Assembly (NCBI GenBank): GCA_051294905.1
Contig: CM119372.1
Location: 11,720,001 to 11,784,000, forward strand
DNA length: 64,000 bases
Source: Botryllus schlosseri
Lineage: Eukaryota
Reading direction: 5' to 3'
The notes beneath the pieces were generated by a model, which was given only the letters and a program-made list of their open reading frames with translations, was not told the origin of the DNA and did not search any database. Of the stretch, positions 1-12,878 are shown one piece after another (position 1 is the stretch's first letter; each line of letters starts with the position of its first letter). The position numbers were made by a program, and so were the translations under genes.

Positions 1-1078
1 GCCCGCGAAAGGCTCATGAATGATATTTAAAATATTGAAAAAATGCGCAGTAAAGATCTAATTTCTGGGGGGACTCGGAGGGACAGTTTCTCATTATATT
101 TCACCAGGATAATTATAAGTTATATCCTTACTAGTATATTCTTATTTCATTGCTGGTGCGATAGCCCGACCTAAAGGTCCATGCATTTTAAAAGGTTTCA
201 ATTGCTAGACATTAAAAAAGTCAAAATGGGAATGACTATGACATCACGAGTGTAATTTTACATTGGTTACTCCAGCAAGTGTATTACTTTTCGTGCTGTA
301 GCCTACTTGTAAAAACCGATTCGCGCGTGTCGTAGGTAGATTCGTTCTCTATATGTGCAGAAGTATTTATATCTATAAAATCTCTATGCATCATATTTGA
401 AGCTAACATGGTTATGACGCTGTCAGCATTGATTGTCCTGGAGTTGAACCAAAAGTAGAATCAGTAAATCTACAAGCAGATCACTGCACACAGATTCAAA
501 TCTCCATCCTGTTCTAAGAATCGAGATTAACGACTTTTCATCCCTAGTTTAAAAAAAATAGGTTATATTGAGGTTGACCAGCACCTTATGAAATCTCGCC
601 AGAGTTTCTGATGCGTGTACCATATTCTCAAATCAATGGTTGGTTGGTTTTAAATAAAAATATATATAACTTGCTTGCACATCCTCACTATATAATCAAA
701 TACCAACATTGCGTTTTGGTTTATAATCCCAATTTTATATAGTGCGGCAGGCGAATGGATTTAGATGTTGAATGCTCGGTCCATGTCCTGAATGCCGCAG
801 TAAACTGAGAAATTTTTCGCGCTTCGCGCGATTTACCTCCAGTTCATAGTTCTTGCTCTGTCTATTGTCCAATGTCCATATTTCATATACGGTATCACAA
901 TTCTCTCGTTTTTCACTATCATAAAGGAGGGCTTGTCTAACAAAGTTTAGGAACCACTATTATATGATTAAATAACAATATTGCCTTTGCCTAATAATCT
1001 CAATTTAGGATAGTGCGGCCCGCGAATAGATTTAGATGTTGAATGCGGCCCGCGAGCCCAAAAGTTTGCCCACCCCTG
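1..1078. mobile_element. Non-autonomous hAT (Charlie/Buster-like) element, cut by the window start
   Basis: Ends TTTGCCCACCCCTG at 1078 with GCGGCCCGCG subterminal motifs. The body is a diverged inverted copy of 1880-3043. A ~38-bp stretch is duplicated (about 739-776 and 1010-1046) around an internal insert. Confidence 0.8.
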
Positions 1079-1879
1079 CTGTAAATGGTCCTTAACAACG
1101 CTTTACGATACATTAAGCTGATGTTACTGCAACTTGTCCGACTCGCTTAACAATGCTAACTCGAATTTCTAAAGAACATTCGTCCATATCCCATTTTACA
1201 TCCTTCAATATCCTATAGCCGTAGTCGACGTCTACCGTAGTGAGGCAGAACAAACAGGCAAATATACAGGAAAGCGATATGGCTTGGATATTAATAGGCG
1301 AAAAGTTGCGGTGAAGTGTGATGTAGTAGGACCATTTGTCGTCCACGATACATGAACGGCACCGATGGATGTGGCTAATGGTCAGAACACTTAGTTGATC
1401 TCCAGTGTAAAACAAGAATACGCGTACTCACTTAGCAGCTATGTGAACAAATGTGGTCTCAGAGGCGCTTAAATCATTTATCAACATTAAATCCGCATTA
1501 TTCTGCCGAATAAATAACGATACGGGCAATTTCTTAATGGGTGATCGCAAAATTCGCTGTATCACCTTGCTCGCATAACGGCGATTCAAAACATTGACTT
1601 ATTTCGGCTGTGACGTTAGGAGAAGCCGAGAAGGATTAGATTATGCCGATGTTGTTCGTTATATAGAAAGGGATTATTTTGCATTGGAAGCGGTCATAAA
1701 GCGTTGACCCTGTTAGGAATACGACTATATATGTACAGAGGTGAATTATTGCAATAAAATATATTCCAATCTATTGGTGATAGAATCACGCAGTGCAAAT
1801 GCAGATGCAGGGTCACTTATGGTGTAGTCGAGGTCTTGTCAAATGAATGGTAGCGTATATCAGCGTATACTATCTAGAC

Positions 1880-3043
1880 CAGGGGTGGGCAAACTTTTGA
1901 GCTCGCGGGCCGCATTCAACATCTTAATCCATTCGCGGGCCGCACTATATAAAATTGGGATTATAAACCAAAGCACAATATCGGAATTGGACATGTAGCT
2001 AATATATATGCTTATTTAAAACAAGCCAAAAATTGCCGTGGTGATAGCGTACACGCGTCAGAAACTGTGGGGAGATTTCATAGACTGGTCGACCTCCACA
2101 ACCAATTTGTGAAAACTATAGAGATGAATGTAGGACTGTCGATTCCTAGAACAGGATTGAAATTTAAATCTGTGAGCTGCGCTCTGTTCATAAATTTACT
2201 AATTCCACTTTTGGTTCGGTTCCAAAACATACAATGCTGACAGCATCATAACCATGTTAGCTTCAAACACGCTTCTATATGTGTAGATGAAATATAAATA
2301 CCCTAATTTTACTCATATAGAGAACGAATCTACCTAAGACATGCACGAATCGTTTTTATAAGTACCTCACTGTAATAATTAAAATGGCAGTGGCCAATCT
2401 GATATCGTATACTCGTGATCCGAATTATGTCGTTTAGGATTTCTGTGATGTTTAGCTATTGAAACATTTCAAACTGCGAGGGCCTTGAGATCGGGCTGTC
2501 GCGCCAGAAAGTGAAACATAACAAAAAAGTAATATAGGAAGTATTTACCTCAGAACAGTGGTTCTCAAATTTTTTAAGACACGCCCCGCTTCCTTATGAT
2601 GGTGAAAGATTTCGCGACCCCATATCGTCATATCACAAAACGCAACCAGGATGCTAGCAAACCTAGCAAACCTAACGGATAGTTTGTTGGCATGGAAGGC
2701 TACGAGTGTGGATATGAAATTCAGACGAAATACAGAGCAATAGTTATGGATCGGATGTGAATCGCGCGAAGCGAGAAAAAAATTTCAGTTGAGCTCAGCT
2801 TCGCGCCCCCCTTCAGATGATTTAACGACCCCAAGGGGTCGCGACCCCAGTTTGAGAGCCATGGTTAGAATTATCATATGGTGACATATACTAAGAAAAA
2901 TTTTAATCAAGTCCCGGCAATAATTCGATTTTTAGTACGTATTTTATCAATATTTTTAAGAAGTGTCTTTAGACTCTCGCGGGCCGCACAGAAAGGTGTT
3001 GCGGGCCGCATGCGGCCCGCGGGCCGTAGTTTGCCCACCCCTG
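1880..3043. mobile_element. Non-autonomous hAT (Charlie/Buster-like) element
   Basis: TIRs CAGGGGTGGGCAAAC. Perfect 8-bp TSD ATCTAGAC (1872-1879 and 3044-3051) with central TA. GCGGGCCGCATGCGGCCCGC subterminal palindrome. Confidence 0.92.
2556..2863. mobile_element. ~300-bp hAT-type MITE (family E) nested in 1880-3043
   Basis: Starts CAGTGGTTCTCAAA and has a decayed right TIR. Homologous to 57585-57889 and absent from the sister host copy at 1-1078. Confidence 0.8.
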
Positions 3044-5728
3044 ATCTAGACACAGCAGCTACCGTTGTGTACTGAAAACGTATCTGTGCATAATAATTAG
3101 TCATAATTAGTAATATAATCTGATTGTAAGTATTGCAGGATCACTGATTGTTGTGGCAATCCACACGTAAATATGCAATACACGTTAATATTATTTGCCT
3201 CAAACTAGTATGCGACAAATTGTGTAGCGTTGGGTGTAGACCGCGTAGACTTGGAATCTCGATTCCCTAATATCTTTCTGTATAAAAAGGGTTGAATTGG
3301 CATAGCATGTGACAGATACCCGTTTGGATTATAAAGTTCTCAGTAAAGTTGATTGTTGCTATTCAATTGCGGAATGCGAGAGCATTTGTCATATCCCCGT
3401 TAATCAGGTTTGCTTCTATTCGTAATATCACATAAAGTAACTCTATCTAGCATCGGGTGCCATTCCATTCGTACAGCGAAGAACCAATCTCGGCCAATGT
3501 GGTATAATGTATAGCCCTTGAATCGGTCGCGTCCGATTTAACAATCGCAACACGTCAGTGCTGGAATCTCGCGGAAACCTCAAAAGTGTGATGGATCGGG
3601 ATGAAGCGAGGGGGACGGGTTGGAGCGGGTGCGTTTGGCGGAAACGCGTCGCCTTTTCACCGTCAAGGATCGTTGAACAAGAAGAGCGGCCCGTTTCAGC
3701 GGCCGCGCGAAGCCCGGCCTTCTCGTGTTTACGTTGAGATTATTAATTTCCACAACAGCCACCACAAGACTCAACCTCAAGCGCGCAAGGCGTGTTTTGA
3801 GAAGCGTCTCGAATTTCATCTGCACTGAGTGATCTATATTGTGCATAGACCAAAGATAGTCATCACAAGACACTGCTGGTTATCTGTACACGAGGGGTGA
3901 TCCGACGTGAATGCTTGGTGCCGATTTTGAGAAGAAGGCTTTCGGTGAGTTTCTATATATTTCGTGTACTGACGTAGGAAAGTCCAATTGACAGTAGGCC
4001 AATACATATCGGTGATGATTGACCACTGCTGTTCGGCCCCAACGTTTGTTCTACCACCATGCCAACCAAACGCATCAGGTGTCGCCATTTTGTATTTGGA
4101 GTCCGTCATATTGGGATTCTAACAATATCGGATCTAGCATGAGTACAGGTAATTGATCAGTTTTCGCCACAAAATCGCACGTACACATGTATCTTGGATC
4201 AGGATAAATGTTACGGTTATGGCGTATAAAACTAATCCCTGTATACAGCCAACAAACCCAACCAGAAACAACAATCCGCTTTATAACATAAGATAACGTA
4301 TATATGAAGCATATAGAACACATGTAAATATGCTTGTTCGTTGCTGCGTGAATGTAAAGTATTGGCCAATCTGGTTGACAGACTTCTGTATAGTCTTCTG
4401 ATATTCTACTGACTTTTCTACCATGTCTGAATTACTTCGCGATGTACAAAATTCATTCGTAGATACAACCTAACTGCCCCTGCCGTCACCTCGTGGTCAT
4501 CGATTATGTTCACGCATGTCTTCACCCGATACCATCAAGTATATCACGTTACAAAGGCAGTGCAAAGTAAAAGAACTTATCAAGGAACTAAATACAAGGC
4601 TTACTCACCGTAAAACTTATCCTCGCCTCGCTTTTGTGCGATTGAATTCGATCTTGGCCAATGCGAAGATCGTCGAGGTCAAGTTAAAAGAACACGTCCT
4701 TTCTTTTCGAGCATTGAACGCAACGCCAAAAGTTCTCCACGGTTCCAATAGACTGGAAAAGCGGCAAATGGTAATTTGTTTTCTATGCACAACGATATGC
4801 AATGTGAGTGCTTGGCTGAAAAATAGCCATTCCTTTGATTCGCTATTTTCGGCTCTTGTTTTATGTGGAAAAATGGCCGGCTTATCAATGCACCGTATTT
4901 GTGATGTAAATAAAGCCGTTACGGTATATATTTGTTCCATACGAAATTGATGTTCGACATCATATGCTCTCGCGAATACACAATATATTATTTTGATTGG
5001 TCGGTATTTTGATTTGTCGGCATCGTACTCGTTTCATTCAGTACGTTGGGGTATTTAATTATGATTAACTAATTATTAACGCACAGGTAGTATAGAATAG
5101 AACTGGTCAAAGTGAGATGGCATGGTGTAAAAAGCCATTCGCAGTTGTACGCACCATTTCCATTATATATACCAACGCATGCAATGTTTCGACGTATTAT
5201 TTGGGTATGTTTATAAAAACATGCTGTCAGAGAGTTACCAGGATATGACTTGTTTTGTTGTAAATTATATGGCCCCGGTTTTTATCTTCTTCAATCAGAC
5301 AAATGCTTTTTAGCCTCCTTAGCACTCGCCCCTTTGAGATTTCATGAACTTTGTTCTCCTCTACAATGGCCGACGGAAGTAAATAGAATTGCAATTATAT
5401 GAATTAATGTCAATGTATTTATAACATGAGTGTTGAATGGATGGATTAGAAACAGACTTGCAAGCAATGTTTGCAACGCAATGCAATGTAGGCAATCACG
5501 ACTCGACTCACATTGTTTGAATGACTTCGAATGACTCGACTTATGAGAAATATAAAATGACTCGTGACTCTTTTTTGGTCTTTCTTCTTCTGTTTCTGCT
5601 GCACTGACCACGCCAACAATACCAATCATTTGTTTACTTGATTCCATGCGCATTTATGTTTCGATGTAGTTATAACTCCGTTACCAGCGGTGTCGCAGAC
5701 ATCTTTGTAATGGCCTTATTTGCTGCCA

Positions 5729-6117
5729 TAGGGTTGCATTTAAAACAAAAATCAATTTGAAACAAACATATTTAAAACAAGGCCCTAATTTAAAACATGT
5801 TCAATTGTGACGTCATAGTGGATTGACATTGACAATTGAAACTATAGGGTACATAAAGCTCCTTTGACGAAATATCTGTACTCTTGATGTTGAACCGGCT
5901 ATTTTGAGGGTTCCAACCATCCCATATCGATATAAATCGGCTATACCCTGTGGTAATTGTCCGTAGGATCATATAACATGTTTTTCGGAAAGTATTTACA
6001 CAATTATGGCATAATTTTACAACTCAAAAAAAATCAAGTTTTTTTTAAAGCCTTTGTTTAAAACACTGTTTAAAACAAAAGTGTTTTAAAACACCGTTTG
6101 TTTTAAATGCAACCCTA
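5729..6117 (+). mobile_element. MITE family A, copy 1 (short form)
   Basis: TIR TAGGGTTGCATTTAAAACAAA at both ends. Imperfect TSD (tgctgcca / tgctctgcca). Strand is only a relative orientation among family copies. Confidence 0.9.
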
Positions 6118-8361
6118 TGCTCTGCCATGATGGCCTTGACATTACAATATCATTACAACCACGCACCAATTTCTTCAATAGTCTGGGGGAAATTAGCTTG
6201 GGCTCTGCGCAGTTGAATTATTATCAGTGCATCGCAGGTGTCTGAATCCATATCGGGCTTTATGTAATATTGCAGATGGGATTTTCATAGCAATATAATG
6301 GACGATAGTTTTAGAATAACGATATATTTGCGCGTTGTTCGGGAAAATTCTATAGTTGAATTAGAATCCTCACTGCAAGTTCAAAACGCACAAATAGTTG
6401 ATATTCAGTTGAATGGTTGGTGATTGCCAGCCTCTGTGGTCAATTTGATAATATGCTAGCAAAAAGGGCTTGCTTATCAATCGGTAGAATCCATGTCTAG
6501 ACCACACTCTACTGAAAACGTGATGTATATGATCTTCAAGGTATTTAAATAACTTTTTGACTTTTCACCCCCATTTCGAACATTGAAATGATCATTCATG
6601 CTTTAAGTTTTGAGATTTGCATTTGCCATCCAACCCGTTCCAGACGTGACTATAGTTTATCCCACGGCCAGTAAATCCATCGTCAACACGACTACCATGC
6701 CGACGCAAAGTTGCATCGCATTCGCATTTGTCTACAAATTATACTGAATGCCATGCGTCTATATAGCCAGGAGTACCATACTCCCATTATTTCCCAACTC
6801 CAACGAAGCCGCTACACAATACACATGACCTCCAACTATCTAATGAAGGTCGATATATCTGATGACACATTTGCCTCTCTGTCACCAGTTTAATATGATG
6901 TGAAAATGTCAAACTTTTGTCACAACAGCAGCGCATATTTTTAAAATCACATCGTTTCCAGAGCTCCCGCAAAGGTGAAGTGAACAGACAATCTCAACCG
7001 AGATACGCGTCCACAACTTATTAACAACAACAAATTTAATCTGCGCTTAAAATAACCATGTTTCGTATATGCATTTGCGATTGATGAAATCGACAGTGGT
7101 CACCAAATTCAAGTTTATGAGGTGTACGGGTTTTATGTTCGTGCAGTTGAATTTTCGAATGGTTGGTTGTCGCCGTCGCGCAGAGGCCAATTTTTCTGTT
7201 ATCTCGATTTCGCTATTGTGTTAGCTGTTCTATCTCACGATGTCGAACGCCACCATTGTTTATTCACATCATGTCGGTTACATTTCGTGTGTTTACCTAA
7301 CGTTGATGGTCCATCAATCATACACAGACTGCTCCTCCACATATGATGGATGCCAAATAGAAAATGGCTGTTGTTTTCATTTTATACGCTTTTCTCAAAC
7401 TAGACGCTCTAACTTATTTGTGATAGCTTATGAATGCAACCAATCGCGTGTAGCCGTCAGTATCAGAACTGGGGTGAATACAGTGAACAAATATCGAAGT
7501 ATACCACTATACGGAAGTAAATAACATATAGTAGCCTACCACCGGCACTTTACAAACTAAAACATGATGAACACAATTTCATAGCTATTGATCCGAGCGA
7601 AAAGCCCGTTGCCTTTAGTACAAAGCAAACCTTGCACGTACCGTACAATGTACAGCATCGCAACGTGACTTCACATAAGAATATCTTCACTAGCCCCATA
7701 TCGATATCAACCGAAATTCCTTGGTTCGAATCACTTTGTTGTTGCTTACATGTTTATTACAATGCACCATTCATCAAACAAAAGACATCTGTAAAAGAGT
7801 TCTCATAGGTTCGGCATTAGTCAGACTCCCTGTCCCCTGAGTGAACTCCCAGCCAGTACGCTGGGGATTAAGTGGATTAGGACCAGCAACACTTCGGCAG
7901 CAAATCCCTTTGGCGGATATCGGATTCCAAGTATCGCAAAGTGTCGATACCGGCGAATGTTGGCACGTTGTCATAGCTATCATTCCCAGTCCTGTATGGT
8001 ATAGTCGGGTCACGCCACGTTTTGCCAGCATTTGTCTTGTTGGATTTTTTCGTATTGAATTCAGTACATTGAAGCACTTGTATGAATTCAGAAATTGTGG
8101 TATATCGGCTAACTGGTTAAAACTGTTCTTAATTTCACCTGGAATATTCAATATTTACCACAATCATCGTCACCTCTATAGTAACCCCCTTCCACACTGG
8201 AGACTGGAGACTGGAGACAGCTATGCATAATAGTTAATATAGTACGGTGGACAGTTTTTTCATGCCGTCTCAGTTACCGCCGTATGGTCTGTTTTTGACA
8301 TCGTACATGTCACAGCATAACATGTAGGCTACATGTCGACAGGAGCAACATGGTAATAGAA

Positions 8362-8895
8362 CAGTGGTTCTCAGCCGCCGGTCCGCAAATATATTATTAT
8401 TTTATATCTCTATTCCAAATGCAAGAAGTTTGACGCTTTTCCGATAATTAGAGAAATAAGATATGGAATTATAAATTAATTTAGAGATTTGGAACAGATT
8501 TTTCTGCATCGTGTCATAATAGATAGCTATAGCTATATATACGTCACGATGGTTGTACGAAACTGTTCAATAGCATAAGCGATACTTGGCAGTATACAAG
8601 AGGCTATAGCAAACGGCAAAGCAGCATATCTTCCAAACCATACCGCACAATCACAATCAAGCTAGTTATCTGTAACAGGACTTCGGAAAGATCGCCTTGC
8701 AGAAACTTCAACAGAACCACATGGCACATACAAATAGATAATATCAAAGAGGCAGTTTTCAATGTTACATTTGAGTTGCATTTATACATTTTAATTGAAT
8801 TGAGGGTCAATTTTGATTTGTGAAGGTTCACTGTTCCGCAAAATAGGTTTTGAAGTTTTACCGGTCCGCGAGGTCAAAAAGGTTGAAAGCCACTG
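8362..8895. mobile_element. hAT-type MITE
   Basis: CAGTGGTTCTCA...TTGAAAGCCACTG termini with CCGGTCCGC subterminal motifs. TSD TAATAGAA/TAATAGAC (7/8). Confidence 0.8.
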
Positions 8896-11070
8896 TAATA
8901 GACGATATGAATCAAGCTTCCATGGTGGAGTCATGCGTTTTCTACGTAATAACTTTTCAATTCATACGGACAAAACTTTCGAAGAAGCATTTGAATATAT
9001 GTTGGCCTACTCCAACATCATTCGGAATAGATATTCAAGATTTCGACTGGTTGTTGACTTAGTTATGATGGGGGAGGAGCTGTTCATCGTGACGTGTATT
9101 CTCCAAATATAAGCGTTTTCGTGAAACTATATAAATCGAAAACGCAGCCTCATTTCAGGATTTAAGTTGTGCGGAAAATTTATTGTTAGCACATAGCTCA
9201 GAATGAAGTAAGCGCAAGCCATAACTAAATGCATGTGCCCTTTGACATATAATAATGAGTATATAGTTTTCAGGTGCGATTCTAAACGCCACAGCGCGTG
9301 TCAATCATCCGAGTTAATCTAATACATTGGTATATATGATTCCTTTCACATTTTTCAAACCATACAGGCGGGCCTACAATACTTACCAAGTACCGTAGGC
9401 CCCGATACAGGCTTTTGTCTGCTTGATCGCCACATGCACGTAGCGTCGCACGAAAGGCGACAATAAACGTGCAGTGTACAGTTATAGGATTTTACGTTGT
9501 ACTGTTTAGCCAAACAGTTTTATCAGGTGCTGACCAAAACAAATTATGAGAAATAATTACCTGCGGTAATATAGTTTTCGTTAAACAGCAGTATCGGCCA
9601 AACTGCAGTACATCATCAGGTTGACATGTAAATCGTGACTAATGCATGCTGGTAAGATGTCAAAACTCGAAAATAGGTATGATATTTCTCGGTGATTTGC
9701 TGTGACTTGCTGTATATGCACATAGAGACATTTCACTTATATATACCTTGAATGAGCGTTCACTCAGTTCTCTACACGAGGTCATTAGAGAAATATGGCT
9801 TAGTTAGAGAGACACCTGTAAATTTCGTTCGATCCTATAGATTCTCCATTTTGTTTCAGATGAAGCTTTGTTATCGAAGATCTACTAACACATGTCTATT
9901 GGCGATGCAAATAATGTGCTTGTGTGCGGTATAGTGACGCGAGAATCATTTATCGCTGCCTCATTGCGACGGCGCAGCTGTCCCATTTGTGCATGAGTTA
10001 ATGCTACCGTACAAGTACTTGAACCTGGGTCATTCCATCACCAGTTAATCTTCATGATTACGCATCGATCAAATCATATTCGCCAATGAAGATTAAATGT
10101 CTACATGAACTCTGACTCTAAGACCTTTCATTATTATTCGCAGACTGTATAGGTCCTCAAAACATCACCAATAAGCCTATATGTATTGGAAAACCGCGCC
10201 CTGTGCTAAACGCCACCAACAACTTGTATAGACAGACGGTATAGTCTACATGAGAACGCTTCTCGGGGAAGCTCATTTCAATTTAGAATACCTTTGTTCT
10301 ATACAAGGTATCAATTTATTTCTAGCTTGGATAATTCTTTTTTCCTACCGTCTCATTAAAAAGTCCTTGTTTTTTGTTGTGCACGTGTAAGCAAAGCCCC
10401 ATGTCATTTCTTATACTACGGAAATCTCAATATGTATCCATAGTTTATCATCGAGTATAGGCAAAGCGCAATTTCTACGAGCTTTACAATCTTTATAAAT
10501 GGTTGCCGACTTACCTGGGCATCGTTCATCATCCTCAGGACGTGTGGATGGTGTTTCGCCAGAGCAACAAATAACTTCGGGTCAAAGGATGGGTGTTCTG
10601 TCAGATATGAAGCTTCGCTTTGTTTACTACACACACACCAGCGAAAAGTACCCTACTGATCAAATTGATGTAATTTGGATACCTGCGTAAATGTTAGCTT
10701 GATCATACAAGTCGCATTCTGCAGAATGAGCGTTGTTTTATTCTGAATGACAAAAGATCCACACCGCTTATCGTCACAGTCTGTAGATGCTGCTTGCATA
10801 TCCTGCTCATCTTCTTCGATTCATGCAGTGGTCTGATTTAGCCTGTTCGCAAGCGGTTCTATAGAACAATCACGCGGAGTTATATGAGACTAGCGAACCG
10901 GTTAGCAATACTGGCTATACTGTCAATGACTTTTTGTAACAGAATAGACTGAAGAAGTATGACTTTTGTGATAGAATCGGTTGGGAAAATTTGAATCCCA
11001 CCAATGGATACATTCCTCATCTCATTAACTTTAAAAAAAATTCCATTAATGTCGAGCATAAGGCTGTGAG

Positions 11071-11508
11071 TAGGGCTGCATTTAAAACAAAAATCAATTT
11101 ACAAGGCCCTTGTTTAAAACATATTTTTTATTGTTTTTTTTTCTGTTTCTTTAAGCCACGACGTCATGGATATTCAACTATGACGTCATTATGGATTGAC
11201 CTTGACAATTGAAAATATAGGGTGAATAACGAATATAGCTCCTTTGACGAAATATCTACGTACTATAGCTGTTGAACCGACTATTTTGAGGGTTCCAACC
11301 ATCCCATATCATATACGTCGGCTATATCGGGTGGTAATCGTCCGTAGGCTCATACAACATGGGTATTGAAAAGTATTTACACAATTATGCCGTAATTATA
11401 CAACTTGAAAAAAAAACAATTATTTTTAAAAGGCCTTTGTTTAAAACAGTGTTTAAAACATGTTAAAAAATGTGTTTTAAACAATCATTTGTTTTAAATG
11501 CAACCCTA
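11071..11508 (+). mobile_element. MITE family A, copy 2
   Basis: TIRs as in copy 1. Perfect 8-bp TSD GCTGTGAG. Confidence 0.93.
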
Positions 11509-12007
11509 GCTGTGAGGTTCGTAGGTAAGTCAGCCAGACGATTATAATTGAATTGTTTACAACAAAAGGGCAGTTAGCGCTAAATTAGTGTGGTCGAGTC
11601 GTTTCTTTGTTAACTGTCCATTCAAGGACAGTTGAATTGAGAAAATTACAAAGATCTATTGCCAAAGCATTACAGGAGTTCCAACGCTGGTGACCGGTAA
11701 ATCGATAAAGTCGCGGTAAAATCTAAAGTTAATTACAAATGCTTGATTTTCGAATGAAGTAAGATATTGATGCTCGACAATCAATTATGGATAACCTGCC
11801 AACAGTCCATTTACGTCTCATAAATGTACTACAAACGACATATTTCACAACTTATGTCAATAGATTTCTTGACGGTAAATCAGCAATGATTTGTAAGTTT
11901 TCGTGAAAGCCACAGGGAACGTTGCTCTGAGCCTCTCTTTAGAATCACTGCTCATGACCCCTTATTTTGGCAATACGAGTATAGATTTTATATCAACGGT
12001 GTTAGCA

Positions 12008-12385
12008 TAGGGTTACCATATGTTGGGAATCTGAAAACAGGACACTTTTTCAAAATTTCGAGACTTACAATTCTGTGGTAAAATCCTGAAAAAAAGGTCA
12101 ACTTTCCGGCTCAAGTCCCAAATTACCGACTTTCTAGGATATTTTTCGGTGAATGACTAAAAAAGGTCATTTTCCTGGTTCAAGTATCAAAAAAACCGTC
12201 GGATTGTTGTTACTTGGCCGCTGATTTTCTATATCTCAGTCCAATTTCCACGTACATTTGACCAAAATTCTCAAAAAAGAGGACAAAATCTCAAAAAGAG
12301 GACATTTTGGCGTCCTCCGAGGACACTTTCAAAAGACTCAAAAAAGAGGACAAATCCTCTTAAAAGAGGACGTATGGTAACCCTA
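12008..12385. mobile_element. hAT-type MITE family F
   Basis: TIR TAGGGTTACCATA. TSD TGTTAGCA/TGTTAGAA. Repeated AAAAGAGGACA subterminal motifs. Related inverted copy at 59304-59706. Confidence 0.9.
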
Positions 12386-12842
12386 TGTTAGAAGGGACTG
12401 GCGGCGTTCTTTTCCTCCCTCACACAGACCGCGCCTGAGTGGCCCTGCCCTATCCAGATTTACATAGCAGTGCAAATCAATCACGGAACTTATCATTTTA
12501 TGGTGTATAAATGTGTATACATTTCAAATGAACATACAGTACGAACGTTTTAATAATGTAATAAATTGTTAATAGAGAATAACTGTATGATTTGGAAATT
12601 CCTGATATTTGTTTCTATTACTGTAAATGTGTATTTTTATAGAATGACCTGCGACCCAGGATTGTCTTTAAATAAAAGAATACTTTTGATTTGAAGTCAC
12701 AAATTCGAATTTTTATAATCCGAAAACGGTCACAAAATTGGAGAAACTACAATATGAAATGCATTTGATATTAGCTTGAAATGATCAAGACACACGAATC
12801 ATCACACATGTGTCAACATCGACCGATGCATCAAGGTGGAGG

Positions 12843-12878
12843 CGGGGCCTACGATAACTTAAGTTATCGTAGGCCCCG
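12843..12878. repeat. Perfect 36-bp palindrome
   Basis: CGGGGCCTACGATAACTTAAGTTATCGTAGGCCCCG is its own reverse complement. Confidence 0.95.

Noticed and set aside
4516..4950. 144-aa ORF
   Set aside because: No recognisable motif. The length is compatible with chance.
7774..8230. Overlapping 125-129 aa ORFs on both strands
   Set aside because: No recognisable domain or supported splice structure.
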